64,000 nt of DNA from Candidatus Poribacteria bacterium (lineage in GTDB: Bacteria; Poribacteria; WGA-4E; WGA-3G), in NCBI GenBank assembly GCA_965232115.1, contig OZ246958.1:960076-1024075 (forward strand). Direction: 5' to 3'. Made by a program: the position numbers and the translations under genes. Below the pieces are notes generated by a model, which made no database searches, had not been told where the DNA came from, and saw only the letters and a program-made list of their open reading frames with translations. This document shows, one piece after another, positions 48,290-58,523 of the stretch. Every line of letters begins with the position of its first letter. Position 1 is the first letter of the stretch.

Positions 48290-50545
48290 TTAGAATTCTG
48301 CTGTAATCCCTAAATAAGGGATGATTGGTAACTGGTTGATGTCGTTTCGTCTTTCGCGGCAGTCCTCTGGTGTTCGACAATCCTCGGGATAATTGAAATC
48401 GAGCAAGTTTGCGCGGTTATAGGCGTTCAGGAGTTCGAGGAATGTCCCGAGTTTCCAGTTGCCGAATTGGAAGGTTTTACTGACGCGCAGATCCAACCTG
48501 TGATACGGTGGCAAACGGTCCGAATAAGTTTCTGCGAAAATTGGGATAAAGATAGGTTCTCCGTTCCTTGGGTCAATCCCGATATTTGTGCCTTCCCGAG
48601 GCGTATAGGGGTTCCCGGTTCGGTACTGCCATTTCGCGCCGAACTCCCAGGTAGGCGTGAGGTTGTAGCTTGCGGCGATCGTTGCCACATGTGTCTGATC
48701 AAAGGAGTAGGGTCGATAGGGTTCACCGGGGCGGTCTCTACGTTCAGAAAGCGCGTAGGCGTAAGAAATCCAACCGAAAAATCGTTCGCCACTCTGGTGC
48801 CGTAGGAAGATTTCGGTGCCTTGTGCGTAACCTTCACCTTGGTTCAGATAAGCGGCTTCCTCATCAACAGTCACCAAGCCCCTCAGGTCCTTGTAATAAG
48901 CCGCCATTTTGATTTCTGTGTCTTGCGAGAGTTGCCGTTTGAGTTCAAGGATATAGTGGCTTGCCTGACTTGACTTTAAAGCCGGGTTTCCTATGCTCGG
49001 AGAGAGGAGTGCTGGCAGGGGGGTCTGGTTGTAAAGTCCGTAAGCGAATTGGATTTCAGAACCGCTGGGAAGTTCGACGAGCAGGCTGCCACGCGGTTGG
49101 ATAGAGAGTTCATCAATACGGTTGAAATAGTCGAAGCGGAGCCCAAATACCACCGATAAAAATGGTAGGAGTGTGTACCTATCCTGCAAATAGCCTTCGA
49201 TACGTTGTCCGCGCACGTATTCGTCTAAATCGACCTTTTCTTCAAGTCGGATATCAAAGTCGACTTCCCCCTCATCGGGTATCCGAGTGAAAGTGCCAGT
49301 AACCTGTCCGGGTTCGAGTCCGAGAATTAACCCGGATTCCAAACGGTGCCTCGGATTTAGTTCGTATATAAGGTCTTCACGAAGTGTGTAGTTGGGCGCG
49401 TCAATTTTCAAGGAAATCGTTGGACCGAAATTGGCATCAAAGAGGAAATCTGATCGGGTTAGTGATAGGTAAGAGGTGAGTCGATCTGTGAGAAAGGAGC
49501 GGAGGTGGAGGCCTGCGCCCTCGAAACCGCTCTCGAAACTGATGTTTCCTCTAAAATCTTCGTCTACGTCTTCACCGTCGAGTTTCAGGGCAAATCGGTC
49601 GCCTGAGGCAAAGAGATTAAAAAAGAGTTGATGTTTTTCACTCAGATCGTATCCTGCCTTGAGTTGATAGTCCCAGAAACGCGGAAAAGCAGTGATAGCA
49701 CCAGCGTCAAACGCCAGCGATCCGACGAATAGGTCAATGTAGCTTCTACGGCCCGCGGCATACCAGAACCCGTTTTCACCGATTTTACCTTCGAGAAGAC
49801 CCTCTGAGTAGAGAAGGTTGAGATTAAACTTTCCACCGAGATTCGCTCGGCTATTATCTTGTGAGTAGATGTCAATTACGGCTTGGGAATCCACGCCATA
49901 CTCGGCACCATAGCCCCCAGCATAGACATCAATTCGATCGATGATTTCGGAGCTTAAGGACGAGACGAGTCCGCCAAAGTGATATGGGTAACCGACAGGA
50001 ACTCTGTCGAAGTAGTAGAGGTTATCTTCATCGGAGCCACCGCGGATATAAAGTGCCCCGCTGAAATCGTTCGCAACACCAATTCCCGGAATGGCGGGAA
50101 GGGCGCGGAGCGCGTCACCACCTGTGCCAGGTAGACGTGTAATTTCTTGTGATTGGATACTTTTTTTGCTGACGGTTTTAGGGTCCCGTTCGCCGGTTAC
50201 CTCGACCTCATCAAGACGGTACTGCGCTGTACCGACGTAAATCTCTGGCTTTGAGGTCTGCCCTGCTACAACAAGAATTGAGGTTTCATGTGTTAATTCG
50301 GGGTCAACCGAAGTTGTGACTAAGGTGTAGGCACCCTCAGGGACGGTGCTGAAAACGAACTTTCCATTTTCATCTGTTTTTTGACGTTCATCTGTCTGGA
50401 CAATCCGGACTTCTGCATCTACTAACGGTTCCTGTGTAATGTTGTTATAGGCGGTGCCTTCGATGGTTCCTGTTTGGGAAAAGGCAACAGTTGGCACGAA
50501 AAGGAACGTTAGCAGGCAGAGAAATGTTTTCATGGCGGTTGGCAA
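48290..50545 (-). CDS. TonB-dependent receptor with N-terminal carboxypeptidase-regulatory-like domain
   Basis: It has a CarbopepD_reg-like beta-sandwich (GTIEGTAYNNITQEPLVDAEVRIV...ENGKFVF), a plug (LRALPAIPGI...RGGSDEDNLYYFDRVPVGYPYH) and terminal ITAEF. Confidence 0.75.
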   Translation of the reverse strand: MPTAMKTFLCLLTFLFVPTVAFSQTGTIEGTAYNNITQEPLVDAEVRIVQTDERQKTDENGKFVFSTVPEGAYTLVTTSVDPELTHETSILVVAGQTSKPEIYVGTAQYRLDEVEVTGERDPKTVSKKSIQSQEITRLPGTGGDALRALPAIPGIGVANDFSGALYIRGGSDEDNLYYFDRVPVGYPYHFGGLVSSLSSEIIDRIDVYAGGYGAEYGVDSQAVIDIYSQDNSRANLGGKFNLNLLYSEGLLEGKIGENGFWYAAGRRSYIDLFVGSLAFDAGAITAFPRFWDYQLKAGYDLSEKHQLFFNLFASGDRFALKLDGEDVDEDFRGNISFESGFEGAGLHLRSFLTDRLTSYLSLTRSDFLFDANFGPTISLKIDAPNYTLREDLIYELNPRHRLESGLILGLEPGQVTGTFTRIPDEGEVDFDIRLEEKVDLDEYVRGQRIEGYLQDRYTLLPFLSVVFGLRFDYFNRIDELSIQPRGSLLVELPSGSEIQFAYGLYNQTPLPALLSPSIGNPALKSSQASHYILELKRQLSQDTEIKMAAYYKDLRGLVTVDEEAAYLNQGEGYAQGTEIFLRHQSGERFFGWISYAYALSERRDRPGEPYRPYSFDQTHVATIAASYNLTPTWEFGAKWQYRTGNPYTPREGTNIGIDPRNGEPIFIPIFAETYSDRLPPYHRLDLRVSKTFQFGNWKLGTFLELLNAYNRANLLDFNYPEDCRTPEDCRERRNDINQLPIIPYLGITAEF

Positions 50546-50825
50546 CTCCTTTTTTTAATGTCTTAGAGGATAGTTTCTGACGTATGCAAACGTTAGCAGC
50601 CAGCAAAGTGTTTACAGGACAGTTTGAGGCTGCTCTCCTTGGTGTTTAAGAAAATTGTGTGTGGTGTTATGCAATAGAAATTATACAATTTTCTGTTGTA
50701 GAATTGCCAAGCAAATGGAAAAGTAGGGGTTTTAACTTTCTGGGAAGTTTAATTTCCGTTGGTTTGGGACTTTGTAGGCATTCTATTTAAGGGCGGGTTT
50801 GGCTCCCGCCCATTGTTTTTGTATT

Positions 50826-51674
50826 CTAACGGGCGACCGCCTCAGCACCGAGATTTTCCTGAATCCATGTGCGGAGTGGTACATCTTTTTCACCGGGAGA
50901 GGTGTAGCCGTGTCCGCCCGTGCTTTTTCCCAAAATCTGCTGACGAATTGGGTCGGAACGTTCCATCCAGTGTGCCACGGTCATGTCGTCGCGAGGTTGC
51001 AACCAGCGGTAGCTATAGCCGTAGAAGAGGACTTTACGAATGACATCGGAGGTATTTCGTCCTGCGGCATGCCAGAGTCTTCGGTCAAAAAAGACGGCGG
51101 TTCCGGGTTTGGCGAAAACAGGGGTTGCGTTTTCAGGATCCGCGGTCTTGTCTTCGGGCATCTCGATTGTATTCCATTTCTGGCTCCCCGGTATCACGGA
51201 GAAGTTGCCGCGTCCGGGAATAGATGTGTCAGTGAGGAAAAATGCGACTTTCAAGGATACACGTGGGCGCGGCTCGCCCTCCAACTCGAAGTTGAGTCTA
51301 CCACTGTCTTGATGCCAGCCGAGACGTTTCTGCTCGTTATGTTCCTCCGGCGGCAGCGGGGGCATCACAATCAAGTGAGAATGGTAGAGTTTGATGTTCC
51401 ACCCCAAAATTCCCCACACTTTTGGGAAAGTTGTGTGCCAATCGAGTAATTCAATAAAGGCTTCGTCCCTGCCGACGAAATCGAGGAGATTGAAGCGCGC
51501 ATCGGTGGGAAGTTCCTCTTTACCTAAATGCTCCGCTCCGACTCGGTCAACAGCGGCGATCAATCTGTTGACCATCTCTTGTGGGATCGCATCCTCAACT
51601 GCAAAGAAACCGTTCTCCTCAAATTGCTGTTTTTCTGACTCAGTCAAACAGTGTTCTAAACATAGCGGGTTCAT
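50826..51674 (-). CDS. Phytanoyl-CoA dioxygenase (PhyH) family protein
   Basis: 282-aa ORF. The PhyH-family call rests on resemblance to the two PhyH-family ORFs at 934-1743 and 1808-2683, and it carries a WHQD motif. Confidence 0.7.
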   Translation of the reverse strand: MNPLCLEHCLTESEKQQFEENGFFAVEDAIPQEMVNRLIAAVDRVGAEHLGKEELPTDARFNLLDFVGRDEAFIELLDWHTTFPKVWGILGWNIKLYHSHLIVMPPLPPEEHNEQKRLGWHQDSGRLNFELEGEPRPRVSLKVAFFLTDTSIPGRGNFSVIPGSQKWNTIEMPEDKTADPENATPVFAKPGTAVFFDRRLWHAAGRNTSDVIRKVLFYGYSYRWLQPRDDMTVAHWMERSDPIRQQILGKSTGGHGYTSPGEKDVPLRTWIQENLGAEAVAR

Positions 51675-51857
51675 TGTTTTCCCCTTGTAGAAGCGACTTT
51701 GCGTCGCGATGCATTAATTTGTGAAAAGTTTACACTGAATTTAAATTCACGTCAACATCAAAGATATTTCTAAAAGACTTACACAAAATTGATTTGAGGT
51801 GCTTATCTTTGGACAGTAAGGGTTCTTATTCCTATTATAGGATCGGTGCGGTTAGAT

Positions 51858-51960
51858 GAAGTTTAAAAAAATATTTCGGTAATGTCCGGTGCGGTTAGGA
51901 AACCGCACCTACCGGGTTTGGGGTGAATTAGAATTACCGAATTAATAAATTAATCTTCAT
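51858..51960. repeat. MITE-like repeat family A, copy 2
   Basis: It is about 95% identical to 30410-30512. A related partial hairpin follows at 51961-51986 (CGCACCT-ACCAGTG-AGGTGCG). Confidence 0.5.
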
Positions 51961-51996
51961 GAAACCGCACCTACCAGTGAGGTGCGTAAGTCCAGC

Positions 51997-53076
51997 CTAA
52001 TGAGAAGTTACAAAGTTTTCAGAGGCTACCTGCTTCGCACGCTTCACGGCGCGCCATCTTCTCCAAAAATTGACACCGGCACTACAGAGAAAACCGAGGC
52101 CGATAATACCAGCGGTTGCACCCCCTAATGCTAACTCAGGTTTCACCGTAATACCGTAAACTGCTCCACCGATAAGGAAAGCGGCAATCAGTATATCTTT
52201 GAAGCTATTTTTCTCTGTCCGTTTTTGAAGGAGCTGCAGATTCGCCAGTTTTCGTTGCTTTATATAGTCAATAAGCGGCTCTATGGGAACATGTACTGAC
52301 GCAACTTGCCCGGGCGGTGCCTCCCGCACGCAACGGAATCCGATATTACCGGCAGTATAATCTGGTGGCGCGTGTAAGCGATTGGCACACCGAAAATAGC
52401 GTTCCGCCGTTCCATCACGGACTTCCAACCACGAGCCGCCGCGTAGGGTTTTGTGTTTATCGTCCAGATTGCGTCCATTTTTTTGACGCTTTGTGTCGGG
52501 ATAGGGTTGATACCAATCTGCAGTCCATTCCCAAACATTTCCGACGGCTTCGCCGATTCCGTAAGGACTCACTATAGCAGGACGCACACCTATAGGGGTG
52601 AGGTGTGCTGTTAGGATTTCTGAACTTTCTGGCGCGGTTTCTGCCGATTCAGATTCCTCAGAAACAAAAATATTGCCCCACGGATAAATCCGACCATCAG
52701 GACCGCGACAGGCTTTCTCCCATTCTGCCTCTGTCGGAAGCCGCTTGTTTGCCCATTGTGCGTATTCGTTACTGTCATACCAACTTACATGGACGACAGG
52801 GAGATTTGCTTCTTCGGGTGTGAAGTTCCCATTTTTCCAATGTGATGGTGGAGAATGACCGGTTTCCCGCACGAAAAGGGCGTATTCGGCGTTGGTTACC
52901 GGATACTGCTCAATGAGATATGCTTCAAGAAAGCGGACGTGCATTGGTGCCTCATCGAGTTTGGCATGCTCGGAATTCGCTAAGGCGGTGCCGTAAAAGG
53001 CTTCAATGTCAGTACCCATAATAAACGCACCGGATGGGATGAGCACAGTTTTAGGAGGTTTTTGCCCTTGATTCAT
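51997..53076 (-). CDS. Formylglycine-generating enzyme (SUMF1/FGE-sulfatase domain) family protein with C-terminal TM segment
   Basis: It contains MHVRFLEAYLIEQYPVTNAEYALFVRETGH...RLPTEAEWEKACRG...RGGSW. Confidence 0.75.
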   Translation of the reverse strand: MNQGQKPPKTVLIPSGAFIMGTDIEAFYGTALANSEHAKLDEAPMHVRFLEAYLIEQYPVTNAEYALFVRETGHSPPSHWKNGNFTPEEANLPVVHVSWYDSNEYAQWANKRLPTEAEWEKACRGPDGRIYPWGNIFVSEESESAETAPESSEILTAHLTPIGVRPAIVSPYGIGEAVGNVWEWTADWYQPYPDTKRQKNGRNLDDKHKTLRGGSWLEVRDGTAERYFRCANRLHAPPDYTAGNIGFRCVREAPPGQVASVHVPIEPLIDYIKQRKLANLQLLQKRTEKNSFKDILIAAFLIGGAVYGITVKPELALGGATAGIIGLGFLCSAGVNFWRRWRAVKRAKQVASENFVTSH

Positions 53077-53079
53077 CGA

Positions 53080-53859
53080 TTAAAAGTTCCACGTCGGTGT
53101 GGTATACTTGGTTTCGGCTAAGGTTTCTGCTTGTGCACGCTCCACCGATGACAATTTACCTGAATAAAACGCAATGCCGATGTTAAATGTTTCAGATATT
53201 GCTTTGATGAGTGCGCTTTTAGTTATGGAACGTCCATCTGTATTGATGGCAGTCGATTTTTCGATCAATATCTGCTGAACTTCGCAGTCTCTTGAGACAC
53301 GTCTAAGGATAGACACAGGCGGCATATTTAAGGAAATATAGCCTTGAAACATCATCCCGTTTCGGTTTCGCCTGACAGAAACGCCTGCCAATTTTTTGCC
53401 GTTGCACATAACATCGTAATCGGCGGGGTTTGTTAGACAAATATTTTGGCTGGTTTGCGAGACATCGGTATCCACAGCATGGCACTCCGCGGGGATACCG
53501 AGTGTTTTAAATGCCTTGACGAGGCCTTCTCCGAGACATTGATACACTTCGGAGATACTCTTTTCGCCTGTATGACGCGGGAGGATTAGCGTATAAGTTA
53601 AATCCCATCCATGTACGACAGTGCCGCCGCCTGTCATCCGTTTCACTAACTCGATGCCATCTGCACGACACGCCTCCACGTCAACTTCTGAGGCAATGTC
53701 TTGGAAATAGCCGAAGCTGAATGCTGGGGATGACCATGTGTAAAATCGCAGTGTCGGATTCGGTTGTTCTTTCTGTGAAAGCAGCATCGCTTCGTCAACT
53801 GCCATATTCATTGGGGCAGAGCTTGCGCCCATCTTCAATAGTCGTCCAATTGTTTGCAT
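53080..53859 (-). CDS. Lipoate/biotin protein ligase (BPL/LPL catalytic domain) family protein
   Basis: It contains RFYTWSSPAFSFGYFQ...LVKRMTGGGTVVHG. The start at MQTIGRLL forms a TAATG overlap with the upstream gene's stop. Confidence 0.6.
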   Translation of the reverse strand: MQTIGRLLKMGASSAPMNMAVDEAMLLSQKEQPNPTLRFYTWSSPAFSFGYFQDIASEVDVEACRADGIELVKRMTGGGTVVHGWDLTYTLILPRHTGEKSISEVYQCLGEGLVKAFKTLGIPAECHAVDTDVSQTSQNICLTNPADYDVMCNGKKLAGVSVRRNRNGMMFQGYISLNMPPVSILRRVSRDCEVQQILIEKSTAINTDGRSITKSALIKAISETFNIGIAFYSGKLSSVERAQAETLAETKYTTPTWNF

Positions 53860-54491
53860 TACGATAACGCTACGCGGCACACTGCTGTGGTGTGTGCATC
53901 GCAGTACCAGAAATATCCATCCCAGTACGTCATTCCGTGGGGTTCGGGATGCGGTTCGGGTATCTCGATTTTGTTCAGATGGCTGCCGTCCTCTGGGTTG
54001 AGGTGAAAGATTGCGCGATGGTTCGTCTCAACACACCAAAGATCGTCGCCAATCCATGCGATGCCGTGGGGTCGGTCGCCGGGAGCAGGGAGCGTGTGAA
54101 TCACCTTGAAACCGTCTTCGACATTGACCTGATAGATGGTTGCAGCGGGCGGCACTGCCAACCAGAGTTTATTATCTCGCCATTCTAAGCCGTGTGCACC
54201 TGTCTGTCCTGCACCGGGTGTGTCGTAAGAAGCGAGGGTTTTACCGGTTTCTGGATCCGTTGAAAGGATTTCACAACTATAAGTGGAGGCGAGCCAAAGG
54301 GTATCGCCTGTATCTGTAATACCGCTGCCTCTGTCGGAGCCTGTAGCGAGTGTCTTTTTTACATCGCCGTCGTAGGAGACGAGATGCACCTCATTGGTCT
54401 GCTGGTCGAGAATCCAGAGACCTTCTGCTGTGGCTTGCATTCCGTTGGGTTGTGGACCTGGGGAGTCAAAAACTTTTTCGATTGTCGGCAT
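53859..54491 (-). CDS. Beta-propeller repeat protein (NHL/virginiamycin-lyase-like)
   Basis: It has repeated blades, each with a ...LW.. motif plus a HG-containing loop. The family is uncertain. Confidence 0.4.
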   Translation of the reverse strand: MPTIEKVFDSPGPQPNGMQATAEGLWILDQQTNEVHLVSYDGDVKKTLATGSDRGSGITDTGDTLWLASTYSCEILSTDPETGKTLASYDTPGAGQTGAHGLEWRDNKLWLAVPPAATIYQVNVEDGFKVIHTLPAPGDRPHGIAWIGDDLWCVETNHRAIFHLNPEDGSHLNKIEIPEPHPEPHGMTYWDGYFWYCDAHTTAVCRVALS

Positions 54492-54755
54492 GGGAAACCT
54501 CCGTATAGGATATGTTTTACTTGAGTAGAACCTACGCGGAAAAATTCATAAGTCCCCTTGCGAAGGGAAATTTAGAAAGTTAAATCTAACTTTCTGTGGG
54601 GTTCCAACCCCTAACCCCCTTATTAGGCAGGGAATGCGTGAGTCCTATTGAGGTTTTATTGTAAATGACGTTGAAAAGAATGTCAAGTTTTTACAGATGA
54701 AGTGAAATCAGTTATTGAATATCATTGTAATATTATGTCTTGGGCTCACTTCGTC

Positions 54756-55865
54756 TCAAGGTCCTGTAAGGACTTCGTAGTCAATGATCCGGACCTCGTA
54801 GTGTCCTTCAGGTCGATTAGCAGTGGGGTCAATAATATTATATTCACTGGGATCTTTGCCATCGTTAATAACACTAGAAATTAAGAAGGCAATTCTGTCA
54901 GGAAGATTCCATTCCTTAAAATCCAGATTCTGAAGATGAGGGATATCGAAAATGCTGTTGCGAGTGACATCCGTTGTTGCGCCAGCAGGTATAGGACCCG
55001 ATACTCTCACAACATCAAAACCACTATATCTCTGTAGCTCATCATAGAAAAACACAACGCAATGAATATCTTTTACAGTCCAGCGGTGTTTATTTTTTAG
55101 GTAAAATGTATAAGTAGCAGTTCCGGTCCAGATTCGCTGTGGGTTGGCAACCCATGTTACTCCTTCGAATTTTGTTAGGAATAAGGGCTTAAGATTTGCT
55201 GGCTTAGAGAGAAGTAGCGAAAGATCATTTGAAGGAATCGCGAAATTGAGATTCTGTCCATCACGAAAACTTGCGAAGGAAACCCCTATAACTCCACCTT
55301 TGCTGTTTAGTACGGGACCGCCGCTGCTACCTTGAGAAGTTGGGGCGGTCATCTGAATCAGTTTGTCAATGCCAACTGATCGGATACTACTGATAATCCC
55401 TTGTGAGAACGTACCTTCCAATCCCCGCGGATTGCCTACAGCATAGACGGTCTCGCCAACCTGAGCGAGATCACTATTGCCAAGTGAAACTGCTTGTGTG
55501 CCAAAAGCGGCAACCTTTAGGATTATTAAATCCCGTTTCTCATCAACCGCGGTGTAGCCTTCTATGTTAAATTTTGTCTCTTTGCCTACCAGTTTTGCGT
55601 AGCCTCTTACTGCCCCTTCTACAACGTGGAGATTTGTCGCAATCTGGCTCTCTCTGACGAAGAATCCACTACCCAATGAGAGCGGTTGACCGTTGGCATC
55701 TTCCATGACAAGCAATACTGTGGAACGGAAGGCTTTTTGAGCGATTTGTTGAGGAGTCTGAGCAGTTGCCGTGGTTACTATACAAGGTAGGAAAAATACT
55801 GAAAATACCAAAGATGCAAAGTGCTTTATCCTTTTTTTGTATTCGATCATGATTTTCCTTTCCAT
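54756..55865 (-). CDS. Trypsin-like (S1C/HtrA-like) serine protease with non-PDZ C-terminal domain
   Basis: It has the catalytic triad context NLHVV (His), DLIILKV (Asp) and GSSGGPVLN (Ser). An N-terminal TM/signal segment is present. The roughly 150-aa C-terminal part is unrecognised. Confidence 0.7.
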   Translation of the reverse strand: MERKIMIEYKKRIKHFASLVFSVFFLPCIVTTATAQTPQQIAQKAFRSTVLLVMEDANGQPLSLGSGFFVRESQIATNLHVVEGAVRGYAKLVGKETKFNIEGYTAVDEKRDLIILKVAAFGTQAVSLGNSDLAQVGETVYAVGNPRGLEGTFSQGIISSIRSVGIDKLIQMTAPTSQGSSGGPVLNSKGGVIGVSFASFRDGQNLNFAIPSNDLSLLLSKPANLKPLFLTKFEGVTWVANPQRIWTGTATYTFYLKNKHRWTVKDIHCVVFFYDELQRYSGFDVVRVSGPIPAGATTDVTRNSIFDIPHLQNLDFKEWNLPDRIAFLISSVINDGKDPSEYNIIDPTANRPEGHYEVRIIDYEVLTGP

Positions 55866-55951
55866 TGTCTAATGATGGAGTCGTAAGTTTCATCTGAGGC
55901 GCAATGAATTGCGACTTAACACAGGCGATAAATCACCTTACTACGAACCGA

Positions 55952-56176
55952 TTAACGTTCTCGTCTTGCATAACCGGGCCGAAAGTCGTTGATGAATCTG
56001 TTCAACCCGTTGCCTTCTCGCGCTAATTCTTTCATCTCTTCAATGTCATCCTCGTCTGCACTGTCGTAGGTGTACAGATAGACACCACCACTCGTAAACT
56101 GGATTCTGATGAAATCCGGTCCCTCCTCATAAGCAGCGATTCCCGAATTTCCGTGACGATTTCCATAGCGTTTCAT
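55952..56176 (-). CDS. KTSC-domain protein
   Basis: The start is at MKRYGN. IRIQFTSGGVYLYTYDSA is the KTSC signature. Confidence 0.55.
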   Translation of the reverse strand: MKRYGNRHGNSGIAAYEEGPDFIRIQFTSGGVYLYTYDSADEDDIEEMKELAREGNGLNRFINDFRPGYARRER

Positions 56177-56557
56177 GTTTCTCTTCTCTATGAATTCAGA
56201 AATTCCATAATGCGCAATGAATTGCGGTACTACGAACCATACCTCTTTTGATACCCACATATATTTTGAAGATGCATCTATTGGTAGTCAGGCGATTTAT
56301 CATCTGTCTGTGTAGATTCTAATAGAAATCATCTCATTCATAGAATAGCACAGCCAAACCTCGTTTTCAAGTAAAATTATCCCAAGAATCAAGATGGAAA
56401 GGTCAGGGTGGCGGATAGAAAGTCTCTATTTTTTCACATCCTGACTTTACCCGCTTTTGTTTGACTCTTATTCCTTTTTGTGGTATACTATCTGCTAACT
56501 GATTTTAGTAATTACGGGTTTCTCTAAACCGTTTTGATCCTCTTCAAGGAGACACTC

Positions 56558-56896
56558 ATGGCGAATAGCACACCAACGATCCCTGAAGACCACTGGAGCC
56601 GTCCAGTGGCTCTGGCTCCTGATGGACAGTGGCTCTCTTTACGGAAAGTGGTAGAAGAAGAACCCGCCCGGTTTTCCTTTATCCAATTGACCCCTGAGCA
56701 ACAGTCAGAATTGGTTGCGGAACGCATTCGACAGCGTCCCAAATTTGATATAGGTATCCTTGGGTTAGGGGTCCTGAGCAAAAAGCGTGCTATTAATGAA
56801 GTTCAGGCGCGAACGCGCATAGGACGCACCCTAATTGAAGTTGAACAGCGAATGATTGCACGTTTGATTGAACGGGCACGCGAAGGGAACCTCTGA
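56558..56896 (+). CDS. Hypothetical protein (113 aa)
   Basis: An AAGGAG Shine-Dalgarno sequence sits 7 nt upstream of ATG (MANSTPTIPE...). No domain is recognised. Confidence 0.35.
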   Translation: MANSTPTIPEDHWSRPVALAPDGQWLSLRKVVEEEPARFSFIQLTPEQQSELVAERIRQRPKFDIGILGLGVLSKKRAINEVQARTRIGRTLIEVEQRMIARLIERAREGNL

Positions 56897-57226
56897 TCTG
56901 CCAAATAGGATGTTATTTCCCACCAGAGGCCCTGTGTTGCATTAGGACCTGATTTGAAAATTCTTGTTTGCGGCGTAAAGCCTCGGCGAGTGTCCCACGC
57001 GTGCTCGGCGTTGATTTGGAATGCCCCACGCGCGTTCCGTGTTGGTTCACGCGACGGGCATCATGGAACAAAAGAGCAGCATGCATCAGTTGCCAAGACT
57101 CGCACTACTTGCTACTAAGACCTGACACGGTGTCCTTGAGAAGAACGGTAGTCAACAAGTTACCCTCGGCCCATCTATAACCTTGGCTGGCATTCATGAC
57201 AAATTTCCTCGCCCTTTAGGGTGGGG

Positions 57227-58360
57227 TTACTGACTTGCCTTCACAATAGTGTATTCCTGGGGTTGACCATCAACAATTTTGAACACGCGGATACCCGCAG
57301 CAGGTTTGATAGGATGACGGTTCTCATCAAAGCCGGAAATAGTTGTTGCCCCTTGGTAGTCAGTGATAGCTGTAACTGCATCCCGAATCATAACAGGGTC
57401 TGTTGATTGCACGTTTTCAATGGCTATTGCCAATAATTTCATGGCATCGTAACCTAATGGTGCAATACCAATAGTCTGATCTCCAAACATAGTTTTATAA
57501 GCCACAGTAAAATCTGGGTCAAGCTCGTCTGAGATACTACAATAGTAGGAATTTTCGAGGGGTGTGTTATCCTCTAAAATGTCTAACATCAACGAATCAT
57601 CCCAACCATCGCTGCCAATAAAGGTGGATTTAATGCCCATCTCCCGTGCCTGCTTTACTATGAGCGGGCTCTCTGGCGGAAAACTTGCGAGAAGCAGAAC
57701 GTCAGGGCTTGCCTCTTTGATTATCGCAAGTTGTGCGTCAAACATTGTATCGTCTTGCTCATACGTTTGACTGACAACAATGCGCCCGCCAAGTTTCCTG
57801 AAAATCGCGTCAAATGTGTTAACGAAACCTTTAGAGTACACATCCCCGTTCTGCCAAATCATGGCTGCAGTTTTCTTTCCGAGGTCGTTCACCACAAAAC
57901 CTGCCATGACTTCTGCTTGCAAGGCATTTGAATTCGCCACGAGAAAGAGGAAATCTCTCGGGTCATTACCAGTGTTCGTCACGTCGGCTCCTGTTGCCCC
58001 CACAATAACAGGGATATTGATGATCGGTCCAACTTTAACAGCACTACTTGAAAACATGGGACCTAATATAGCGACAACATTCTCTATTTCAGCTAATTCT
58101 TTGGCAGCATCAGCAATGCTTCCTATTTCTACTTTATAGATAAATTCTACCTGCCTCCCAAGAACACCGCCTGTCTTATTGATTTCGGCTAATGCGAGTC
58201 TTGCTCCGTCGCCAAAAGTAGCGTAATTTAGCAACGGATGAATCAAACCCACTTTAAGTGGAGCCATTGGTTCTTCAGCTATTCCGACATCTTCAGAAAG
58301 GTAAGCGACTGAGAGTGTGAGTAATATACATAGTGTTACCCTAAAAATTTTCGGATTCAT
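57227..58360 (-). CDS. ABC transporter periplasmic substrate-binding protein (LivK-like, type 1 periplasmic-binding fold)
   Basis: It has a signal peptide, then VGLIHPLLNYATFGDGARLALAEINKTGGVLGRQVEF typical of branched-chain amino acid binding proteins. Confidence 0.75.
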   Translation of the reverse strand: MNPKIFRVTLCILLTLSVAYLSEDVGIAEEPMAPLKVGLIHPLLNYATFGDGARLALAEINKTGGVLGRQVEFIYKVEIGSIADAAKELAEIENVVAILGPMFSSSAVKVGPIINIPVIVGATGADVTNTGNDPRDFLFLVANSNALQAEVMAGFVVNDLGKKTAAMIWQNGDVYSKGFVNTFDAIFRKLGGRIVVSQTYEQDDTMFDAQLAIIKEASPDVLLLASFPPESPLIVKQAREMGIKSTFIGSDGWDDSLMLDILEDNTPLENSYYCSISDELDPDFTVAYKTMFGDQTIGIAPLGYDAMKLLAIAIENVQSTDPVMIRDAVTAITDYQGATTISGFDENRHPIKPAAGIRVFKIVDGQPQEYTIVKASQ

Positions 58361-58523
58361 AAACTACTCCTATGTTTTTAGGCCAAAGCCTCCAGGTTCA
58401 GTCTAATATTCAGTTGATAGCAGCCGAGAAGCGTCCATAGACTTCAGGATTCCCCACATAGACGTTGGTAATGGCTTTGAGAAACGGTGCCAAAATGCCA
58501 AAACTTAGGCAATGTAAACACGA

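Noticed and set aside
53303-53485. 60-aa ORF inside the lipoate-ligase-like gene
   Set aside because: It is nested in the same strand but a different frame of a conserved enzyme. There is no independent support.
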